A DNA stretch of 64,000 bases from the human T2T-CHM13v2.0 reference genome, Homo sapiens. Below are positions 53,144 through 64,000 of this stretch, one piece after another (position 1 is the stretch's first letter; the number at the start of each line of letters is the position of its first letter). The stretch is taken from the NCBI RefSeq assembly GCF_009914755.1, contig NC_060933.1. One strand, 5' to 3'. The notes beneath the pieces are model-generated. The model was not told the origin of the DNA. It saw nothing but the letters and a program-made list of their open reading frames with translations, and did no database searches. A program made the position numbers and the translations under genes.

Positions 53144-56100
53144 GAGGGATTTTAAGATGGCTGACTAGAAGCATTTTATGCCCACCTCCTGTACTTAGAA
53201 AAACCTAAATAGTGTATAGACAACTGCACTTAGAATACATTATCCAAGACAGAACACTGGAATTTAACAGAAAAGTAACAGGATAACTAAGAGCAAGGTA
53301 GAAAAAGGGACAGAAGAAGCCTGCTTGGCCAGTATTGGCAAGGAGTGACTTCCCAATGTAGAGAAAGGGTAATGAGAGATTTTCAGTGTCCCACATCCCT
53401 ACCATGGAATCATGCAATCCTGAATACGTAAGAGACCCTTGCCCATGTCAAGTCATGAAATTAACACAGAGAGCTGCCAGAAGACCATAGCATGGAACTG
53501 CTCCAGAGAGGGAGTTCAGGCTGGTTCCATACCCTTTCTGAGACCTAAATAGCTACAACAAGGAACCATTTTCAAACCTAGACTTTGTCAGGCTGCACGC
53601 TCTCCTGTGGCCCAGCAGTGCTGGGACTGAGGTGTTAGGGAAATTTGGGCCGTCACTGCTAAGACTGGGGCACATTCTGGGAGAACTCCTGAAGTCATGG
53701 ATGAAAGTGAGCAAGGCTTGGGCTGCAGCTGCCACCACTGGAAAGTGAGTGCTTCTGGGATGGAAAGTGGGGTGGGAACAGTGTGTGAGTTGCCACAGAA
53801 ACTTAATCATGAACTGGGCAAAGATTCCTGCAACTGGGGCTTAGGCATGAGCTAGGCACAGGCTACCACTGCCAGGGCTGGATGCAAGCTCTACCAGGAC
53901 TGGGGTGTGAGAGGGACACACATTTCCCATCTGCTCACCATGGCTGTGGCCACCCAGTTAGGTCTCACCCTTTCAAGTGGTGGGGCTTTAGAATAGCTGC
54001 TGCCACCCCTCATTCAAGCACTCTACATGGGATCTGAAGAATACCTTGCTCCTGCCTACCATGGCTAGTGCCTTCTCTTGCCATTGGGGAACCTGAGAAC
54101 AAGATTGCTAAGACCAACTTCTTCCCTGACTCCTACCCCTTAAGACAGAGTATATAACCTGATGTACTGGGCATGGCCCAACACAATTCACCACCTTGGG
54201 TATCTGAGCACTCCCCCTGGGAGACCGAGGTTGGGCCTAAAGTCTTAGCGATTATCACCACAGTTGGCATTTATCTGGAAGTACCACCTGCAGGCCTGGA
54301 GACTGGCCCACCTAGCCCATCACAGCCACTGGCAACATCAATACACACACACCATTCAGGACCCAAAAAATCATCCCTCTACTGCTTCTGCTGTTGCCCA
54401 TGCCATGCCAGCTTCCCAGGTGACTGATAACCTACTGACATTCCCAATTCACCACTGCCACTACTGGCATCTGAGCAAGCCACCTGGAGGACAAATAACC
54501 TCTTAGTAACTGTCAATACCAGTGGCAACATAAAGTGTCCTGATGCACAAAAATAGACACACTTAGTTTACTAATGCCAACATTAGGGCCTGAAGACTGG
54601 CACATGTGGCATCCTAGTACCCAGCACAACTTTACCACAGCTTCTACTAATAAATGCACCCTAACCTCCTGAGGAAATCACAAATACCACTAATGCTGTA
54701 TACACCCACAGAAATCATACAAAGACTACATTACTGTATGCACCCAGATTCAAAGTAAAATGCCCTACCCACCCGACTTTATAGATAAATCTTCAGGAGG
54801 TCCTCCCCAATGCAAGTAAATTTTAAAAATAGGAAGAAGCAACTATTATACCAGATGTGAAAATATCAATGTAGTTACATAGGAAACATAGAAAAGCAGG
54901 GAAATATGACACCTCTAAAGGAACACAATTCTCCAGGAACGGATTTTTTTTTTTTTCAAAATCCCATGTGAAGAATTCACTTAAAGAATTCAAAATATTT
55001 ATTTTAAGGAAGCTCAGTGAAACATAAGAGAATACTGAACAAATATAAAAATAATAAGAAAAAAGCACACAATTCAATATATGAATGAGAGATTTACCAG
55101 AGATAGATATTTTTTAAAAGAACATAATAGAAATTCTGGAACTGAAGAATTTATTACAGGAAATACAAAATACATTTGAAAGCTTCAAAAATACAATAGT
55201 TCACACATAAGAATGAATCTCAGAACTTGAAGACAGGTTTTTGAAATAATCCAGTCAGACAAAAATAAAAAATAAAAGAATAGAAAGCAAAAAGCAAGGC
55301 CTTTATGACATTTGAGACAACATGAAATGACTGAATACTCAAATTATTGGTATCCCCAAGGGTTAAAAAATAAAAGGATTAAATAACCTATGTAATGAAA
55401 TAATAGATGAAAACTCCTCATATCTAGCAAGAAATTTAGACATTCAGATACAAGAAATTCAGATATTCTCAGAAATATACCATGAAAAAAGTCTTCTCCT
55501 TGGCACATTATAGTCAATGAAGTCAAAGACTAAGAGCAAATTTTAATAACAAAACGAGTAAAGCATCTAGTCCCCTATAAAGGAAACCACATCAGACTAA
55601 AAGCAGATTTGCCAGCAGAAACCTCACAGGGCAGTACAGAATGGGGTGATGTATTCAAAGTGATGAAAAAAAACTGTCAGCCAAGAATACTAAATCCAGC
55701 AAAATTATTCTTCATAAATAAGGAAAAATAAAGTCTTTCCCAAACAAACAAATGCTGAGGTAAATTGCTACCACTAGACAGGAACCTAGAGGAAATACTC
55801 AAGGGAGTACTAAATCTGGAAGTGGAAGAATGATATTCATTTTCATGAAAACACACCAAATTATAAAACTCACTGATATAGCAATCACACAATGGAAGAA
55901 CAGAAAAGATTCAAAAGAGTATCACTACAGAAATCCATCAGACCACAATGACAAAGAATAAGAGAAAAAGAAAGGAATGAAAAACATATGAAACAGTAGA
56001 AAGCAATTAACTATATGATAGGAACAAAGCCTCACATAATGATAATAATCTTGAACATAAATAGACTGAATTACCCACTTAAAAGATATAAACTAGCTGG

Positions 56101-58254
56101 ATGGATAAACAAAGCATAATACAACTACAGGCTGCTTATAAGAAACTCACCTTACCAGTAAAGACATATACAGACTGAACGTTGGGAAGTTAAAAGAGAT
56201 ATTTCATGCAAATTGAAACCAAACACAAGCAGAAGTAGCTATATTTATATAAAAAAAACAAATTTTAAATCAAAAAAGTAAAAAGAAAAGACAAAGAAAG
56301 CCATTATATAATGATAAAGGGATTTTAGGGATCAAACCAGCAGCAGGATATAACAATTCTAAGTATAAATACATCCAAGATTAATAAAGTACCCAGATTA
56401 ATAAAGAGCACCCAGATTAATAAAGTAAATAATACTAGATTTAAAGAAAGTGATAGACTGCAACATAATGAAAGTGGGTGGCTTCAACGTCTCACAGTAA
56501 GCATTAGACATATTATCTGGACAATAAAATCTACAAAGAAAGTCACAAAACATGTCATCATAAATGTAAAAAAAACAAAATCATATTGAATACCTTCTCA
56601 GAACTCCGTAGAATAAAACTAGAAATCAATACCAAGAGGAACTTTGGAAACTATGTGAATATATGAAAATTAAACAAATGCTTCTGAATGACCATTGGAT
56701 CAATGAAGAAATTAAAATGTAAATTTAAAAAATTATTGAAACAAATGAAAATGAAATCACGATATAACAAAACCTGTGAAATATAGCAAAAGCATTGCTA
56801 ACAGAGAAGTTTACATCAATAAATGCTTACGTTAAAAGTAGAAAGATTACAAATTAACAATCTAACAGTGCACCTCAGTGAACAAGAAAAGGAAAAAGAA
56901 ATCAAACCCAAAATTAACAGAAGGAAATAATTAATAAAGATCAGAGCAGAGCTAAATGAAATAGAAAAAAATGTATATAAAGAATCAACAAAATGAAAAA
57001 TTCGTTCTCCAAAAAGATAAACAAGATGGATAAACTGCTAGCTGAATTCACCAAGAAAAAAACAGAGAAGACCCAAATAAACAAAATAAAAACTGAGAAA
57101 GGAGACATTAAAACTGATGCCACGGAAATACAAAAAAATCAAGAGATAATTATGAACAACTGTATGCAACTAATACAAAAATAGACAAATGGGACTTCGA
57201 TAAACTACAAAGTTTCTTCATAGCAAAAGAAATAACCAATAGAGTGAAGACACAACCTGGCGGGTAGAAAAAAATATTTCCAAATTATTCATCCGACATG
57301 AGACTAATATACAGACTAATACAAGGAACACAATAACAACTGGAAAAAAACATAATCCCATTAAAAAGTGGGCAAATGACATCAACAGGCAGTTCTCAAA
57401 AGAAGACATATAAATGGGCAATGAAAAAAAATGCTCAACACCACTAATCATCAGAGAAGTGCAAATCAAAACCACAAAGATAGCATGTTACTCCTGTCAA
57501 AATGGCTATTAATAAAAAGACAAAAAATAATAGATGTTGGTGAGGATGTGAAAAGCCATCCATCCTTGTACACTGTTAGTGTGAATGTAAACTAGTACAG
57601 CCACTACTGGAAAGAGTATGGAAATTTCTTTAAAAACTAAAAATATAATCATCACTCAATCTAGCAACCAGTACAGAGTATAAACCCCAAATTATAGAAA
57701 TAAATATATTAAAGAAATACATGCATTTATATGTTCATTGCAGCACTGTTCATAATAGCAGAGATATGAAATCAACTTAAGTGTCCATCAATGTATGGAT
57801 AGAGAAAATATTGTCTATATACACGATGGAATATTTGTCCACAAAAAGTGATAAAATCATATTATTTGCAGCAAAATGGATTGAACTGGAGATCATTGTC
57901 TTAACTGAAATAGCCAGGCATAAAAAGACAAATGTAACCTGTTCTCACTTATATGTAGAGAGCAAAACTGAATCACATGAAGGTAGAGAGTGAGAAAATA
58001 GCAGAGACTGGGAAGGATGAGTTGCGGGGATGGAGGAGGAAGAAGACAAGTGGGTTAAAGAGTACAAACATATAATTAGAAAAAAGAATAAACTCAAATG
58101 TTTGATAGCAGAGTAAGGTGACTATACAGTTTAAACAAAGGTATTCCATGTGGGTGATAGACACTCTAAATGCCCTGACTTGATCATTATGCATTATATA
58201 CATGTTAACAAAATTTCACATGTATGCCATAAATTTATACAAATAAAAATTCAA
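53144..58254 (+). mobile_element. L1MA (about MA1-4) with both ends intact, about 5.1 kb, central ORF2/RT deleted
   Basis: 5' gaggg..aagatggctgactaga; decayed ORF1 and EN; L1MA 3' UTR; TSD AAA(A/G)TAG(T/C)CTTA at 53132-53143 and 58255-58266. Confidence 0.88.
56378..56426. repeat. Short tandem triplication of AGATTAATAAAG(..)ACCC inside the L1 EN region
   Basis: Direct reading. Confidence 0.85.
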
Positions 58255-58332
58255 AAAGTAGCCTTAAAAAATTTACAACAAAACTATCTAAGCCAAAAGA
58301 GAAAATATAATTCAGAATCATAGTTGAATACG

Positions 58333-58446
58333 TATGTGTATATATATATACATTATGTGTATATATATATACATTATGTGTATATATATATACATTATGT
58401 GTATATATATACATTATATACATATATATACACACACACACATATA
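58333..58446. repeat. 21-bp quasi-palindromic minisatellite (TATGTGTATATATATATACAT) x about 4, plus TA/CA tail
   Basis: Direct reading; explains the repeated YIYIHYV in ORF 58324. Confidence 0.93.
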
Positions 58447-58717
58447 TTTTTGAGACAAGTTCTCACTGAGTGCAGTGGCACGATCTTCGCTCACTACAAC
58501 CACTGCCTCTCAGGTCCAAGTGATTCTCCTTCCTCAGCCTCCTGAGTAGCTGGGATTACAGGTATGTACCACCATGCCCACTAATTTTTGTATTTTTAGT
58601 AGAGATGGGGTTTCACCATGTTGGCCAGGCTGATCTTGAACTCCTGACCTCAGGTGATCCGCCTGCCTTGGTCTCCCAAAGTGCTGGAATTACAGGCGTG
58701 AGTCACTGCACGCAGCC
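58447..58717 (-). mobile_element. AluSx-like
   Basis: Dimer with deletion near the 3' end. Confidence 0.92.
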
Positions 58718-59119
58718 AGAAATATGCTTGAATTGACCTATGCAGAATATTATACATAGCTGACACAGAAAACACATTAAAGCAAAGCACACATAGATTT
58801 TTTTTTTTTTTTTTTTTTTGTAATTGACTGTATGCTGGACCATAAAACCAGCCTCAGGAAATTCTAAAGGTTTGAAACAAGAGTATATTTCTGATGACAA
58901 TGCAACTAAACTAAAAATCAACAACATAAATAAACATAGAGAATCTCCATTATGTTTAGAAATTTAGAAATATTTCTCAAAATCACTCTTGAATAACATT
59001 ATACGACAATGGGCATTTAAGAATAAATTGAAATCAAAAATAAAAATACAAAATATAAAGATTGGATTACAGCTGATAATAAATTTATAGCATTACAAAT
59101 TAATCAGCTAAAAAGTGCC

Positions 59120-60340
59120 TGTCTTTTAAATGTTAATATAATTATAGTTACATTAAATAAACCATATTTAGATCTTTATTTTGGAATATTCCAAACTTTA
59201 TTTTCAGTAGTTTTTAATAAATATTCTCCAAAACATGTATTAATACATAAAAAATATGGTTAGATGTTTTTCTAATAGAAAGTAAGTGTGATTTAAGTGA
59301 TGTTTTTACAATAAGGACTGATTATTCCAGCTGAAATTTTGAAAAGCATTATAGGATGACTTAAAGTATCACATTAAAATATTTTAATGGAAAATGTATT
59401 AAAATTAGTTAATATTTTCCCAACGGTCAGAATCATAAATCCTTTTTAGAATAGTCTCCCAAAATTAAGAAAGTGAATGAACTTAATAACTCAGTTGGTT
59501 TCTAATTCATTGCTTCCAAAAATTTAAAATTGTTTCCTAATACAGTCATCAAGTAGAATGTCATTAAAAATCATTTTTATAACATATTGCATGGATTTTG
59601 TCATGTAATTCAGATAGTTTTCAAAATCTAAGCAACTTTGTAATTATAAAAATAGTCTCCTTCCACATTTTTAAGTATTTTAATCTACTTTTTTAGTAAA
59701 ACAAATTCACCTAATGCTAATATTTATTAAAATGAGAAAGTGGAATAGAATTGATTCGAGTCCTATTTGATTCTAGCAATAAATAATATTGATAAATTAA
59801 TAAATAATGAAAATATAAATTCAGCATAACTTATTGAAAAGTCATTTTTCGGCCAGGCGCAGTGGCTCATGCCTGTAGTACCGCACTTCGGGAGGCTGAG
59901 GCAGGCAGATAGCTTGAGGCCAGGAGTTTGAGACCAGCCTTGGCAACATGGGAAAACCCTGTCTCCACAAAAAATACAAAAATTAACCATGCATAGTGGC
60001 ACCCCCTTTAGTCTCAGCTACTCCAAAAGTTGAGGCAGGAGGATGGCTTGAGCCCAAGAGTTAGAGGCTATAGTGAACTGAGATCGTGCCACAATCCCAG
60101 TTTTTTGAGACCCTGTCTCAAAAAAAAGAAAGTCATTTTTTTCAAGATTACCTTTTTGATTTAATAATTATGTATCAAACTTTATGATATATTTACAGTT
60201 ATTTAGATTCATTGGTTGTACTTAGTAAATAAAATGGTAATCTAAGCTATAAGAATTTTATTTTAATACTTAGTGTCTTGCATCATAAGTAAATTTTAAA
60301 ATAAATGTATATAACATTGTTTCAGAGAATTAGGATCGAA
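59120..60340 (+). mobile_element. hAT-Charlie DNA transposon remnant (Charlie4/MER113-like), interrupted by AluJ
   Basis: ggaatagaattgat...attctagcaataaataatatt and tttaataattatgtatcaaactttatgatatattta resemble the recalled Charlie 3' region. Confidence 0.55.
59851..60128 (+). mobile_element. AluJ (Jo-like)
   Basis: gcttgaggccaggagtttgagacc, gcttgagcccaagag; TSD AAAGTCATTTTT at 59838-59849 and 60129-60140. Confidence 0.93.
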
Positions 60341-60903
60341 TGATGGATATTGTGGCAAGGCCTTAAGTGAGTTTATCAATTGAATATTAATATTTCTACC
60401 AATATTTTGGTTTTGAAACATTTTCTTAGTTTTGTGAAACTTCCCTCAAGAGCATGCCATTATTTGACAATAAGTGATCCCACTACCTGATTTACAATAA
60501 ATCTAAATTGAAGTCATTAAAGGAAACCTCTCTGAAACCAATATATTTTGATGTATCTGTTTGTGTGCGTGTGTATTTGGGAGCAGGATTATCTTTTACT
60601 CTGGTCAAGGCATCACAGTGAAATTCAGAATAAGGGATGTTATCTTTTAAAAAATATGGTGAAAGAGAATTTTAGAAAGGAAAATAAGGCCCATTCTTAT
60701 GCTGATTATCAGGCAAATTAAAATTAGAGGAGAATAATATGAAATTTCAGGGTCTGAAATTGATTCCCTAAATTTAATCTGGCAATATTCACATGGTACA
60801 ATTCTTCCAGGGTGATGGCATGGCCTAAAGGCTGAGAAACACTCAGGGTTTCTTGCACCGGCAATTTGTAGTAAAAGAGACCATTAACAGTAACACTGTA
60901 GGC

Positions 60904-61191
60904 CAATGTTTTTCAAACTGTAAGTCTTTACTGGATCATTAACATGGTTTAGTAGGTTTCACTAAGTGTCTTTTGATTAGTTATAATAATCCAGATTAGA
61001 AAATGTCTAGGTTTATCATAATTAGTAAGAGCAAACATTATTTCAACAAATTGGTTACTGATTATGTTTATATTTATATACATATTGATATTTTTTTGTG
61101 CACACATATATATAGACATGTGTATGTATTGTGTTGTAAAATGTATTTCTTACTATGTATAATATTTAAAACCCATAAAAGTTAGCACCTG
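60904..61191. mobile_element. hAT-Charlie MITE (MER112/Charlie18-like)
   Basis: caatgtttttcaaactgta...tagtaagagcaaacattattt...tgtaaaatgtatttcttactatg. Confidence 0.6.
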
Positions 61192-63027
61192 GTGGCTTAG
61201 GCAATACAATACAGACTAATGTTCAGTTTTCCTCATATATGGTCATGGATTTCCTCCGAAAATACATTTCCTTTTTTTTCTCTTATATTTTATATATTTT
61301 GCATTTTCTTTTTATATTTCAAATGCTACAAAACGTGGAATGAATGTAAAATGAACTGGCCCTAGTGCTAATTTACAGAAAGGTTTCCAGAATCCCATTT
61401 CTCAATCACTAGTCTACCCAACTAATGTTTTTAAGGATGGTCTTCATGGCAGGAAAAAACGAATCAAGAAAATCAAATGAGGAGCCCGAGACTTCAAAAT
61501 TGTACAAACTGCAGAGTAAATTGAACCAAACCTTGTAATACAAAGTCACTTGGTTTTGTGTTGCATGATATGTAAGTAGCTTTTTTCTATATATATGTTT
61601 GCAGGAGTTTTTAGTTATGATGGCTGTCAATGATTAATTCGCCTGCCTCTACTGCTCAACTGTAGTACTCATGTAAAACCAAAAGGACAGAAAATAAAAT
61701 ATTGGGAAATGTTAAAAAAAAAAAAAGAAAGAAAAAACAATGACTATAGAATCCCTGAAGACTTTTTCACTTTCCAAATAAGCAATGCGATGTCTTAAAG
61801 TGAGGAGTGCAAAGTAAAAAAGTTAATGAAGTGGCTCAACTTATAGACAAGGTCCATTTCCACTATATCACATTGCCTTCTATAATTCAGTGTGGCCATC
61901 AGATTTGTTTATCCCTACGAACAGCAATATATATCTCAACATATGTAAAGTATGCCTTTCTAAACTTCAGCACAGTTTTTCTCTATTAAGACTGCATGCT
62001 AGTAAAGTAAAAGGAAAAAAAAAAAGGTCACAATGTAGTGTGGTAGCATAAAAGGGTCATCAATAATCCAATCTTCTCTTTTCTCAGTTTAGAGCTTGGG
62101 AACAAAAGAATCATAGAATGTATAACACAATATAAAGATATGCAATACTAATTTCATCCTGAATTACATCTTCCATGTACAATGGATACATTCTTTCAAC
62201 AACCCTCATCAACTCTTAATTCTTCGATAATTAAAAATAGCTGCATAAGGACAAGATTGCACTCCAAAATAAATACAATTAGTCGCTTAGAGAAGAATGC
62301 CAAGAGTTTTCTAAGGATTCTTTGTTAGAATTATATTAAAAGCAATTTCTCCTGAACTGCTTGCAGGCTTGCTTTCTTATTCATCTTTACATCCAAAGAA
62401 TTAATAAGCACATAGCACCCATTAAAAACATATTTGTGGGAGATATGGAGATGCTAGTTGGATGCTTGGCAAAGTTTCTAAAACATACATTCTTACAAAC
62501 AGGGTACAGAAATAACTTAGGAATGGGCTTCTAGAATATAGGCCATAAATGGAGACATTAAATCAGTTGATAGAGAATGCCAATTTCAAGGAAATAAATG
62601 GACTATTTTATTTAAGAAGGAAATAATTGTAATAGAAAATGTAGTGAGTTTCATGCTCCTTCTAGTCAGTAATTAGACTGTGAAGAGAGTTTCAGTGAAA
62701 GTGTTTGTAAGGGTTTGCAAGACTTACTGTATGTTTTAATATGCCATCTAAAAATACAGAAACAATATTTTGGATAATGTTCTTATTCGTGAAATGCCAT
62801 TAGCTTAGCATCCAGAAAATCTCAATAGACTAAATCTTGGTCACACACTCCATAAACCTTATAAGTGCAATTAATTGTTTTAACTTATTTACTTTTCATA
62901 AACATCTAAGTCCTAGTCTCTACAAAAGATAAAAAGGAACTAGTTATATACTATAATTTCCCAATGAGATAGTGTCAAAGAACAGCCCCATTTTATATAG
63001 CTAGGTGGATAATTAACATACGCATGA

Positions 63028-63420
<393 letters not shown>

Positions 63421-64000
63421 TTATTTTCCAATTTTCTGTAACATTACAAATTTTTTTAATTTGTAATTTAATCAGTTTTTTCCTAGATTTTGGAGGAATC
63501 ACAATAATTGTGTACTTCTTGGTAACATTAGAGCAAAACTTGTTTTAGTATCCATGAATATCACATATCATTAGGGATTGTTTCTGCACATATTTCCAAC
63601 ATCTTATAGCTTAAATAAAATTTGTTCATTTTATAATGTTTTATATATTAGATCTCTGAACCCTTTCTATTGCATAGAATGGTTACTTTTAATTAAAAAT
63701 ATTTTATAAAAATAAATGTATATATATCATGTAATCTTACTATTACATATGTATGTGTGTGTGTACACAAACATATATGTATATATTAGAGAGAGAGAGT
63801 TCAGTAGTATAATACGGTAGACAGCTGCAACAATTAACTGGCCTTTGCAAAACAACTTTAGCATTGAAATTAAAAAATAATAAATTACCAAAGTGAAAAT
63901 ATTTCTTGCATTTCACAAGAGAAAATGCATGCTACAGCTTCTGATTTAAAATGTATATGCAAGACGTACATCCCTAGCCACTGGACAGGAGTATAGATTA

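Overview
This is AT-rich, repeat-dense non-coding primate DNA (catarrhine/hominoid, probably human), not prokaryotic. I find no host protein-coding gene, tRNA, rRNA or CRISPR array, and nearly all ORFs in the track are chance or retroelement-derived. The main landmark is a two-LTR HERV-H provirus (2657-8586) with GATGG TSD, tRNA-His PBS, decayed gag/pro/pol and env largely deleted. Other contents: a homogeneous 28-bp GATA-palindrome VNTR at the left edge; many L1 copies from L1PA to L1ME, two with 5' inversions; 8 Alu/FLAM copies; MLT1A and LTR33 solo LTRs; hAT fossils; MIR and L2. I cannot support a new biological system. The best second-look items are an AluY and an L1 inserted at the same nick, a 42-bp near-perfect inverted repeat next to a candidate 33-nt microexon, LTR asymmetry and Trp-to-stop editing in HERV-H, a TA-rich array bracketed by a 17-bp direct repeat, a probable short L1 3' transduction, and a CpG-retaining unique segment with a CTCF-like motif. 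Subfamily names come from recalled consensus sequences and need RepeatMasker/Dfam confirmation. Boundaries of old elements are approximate.
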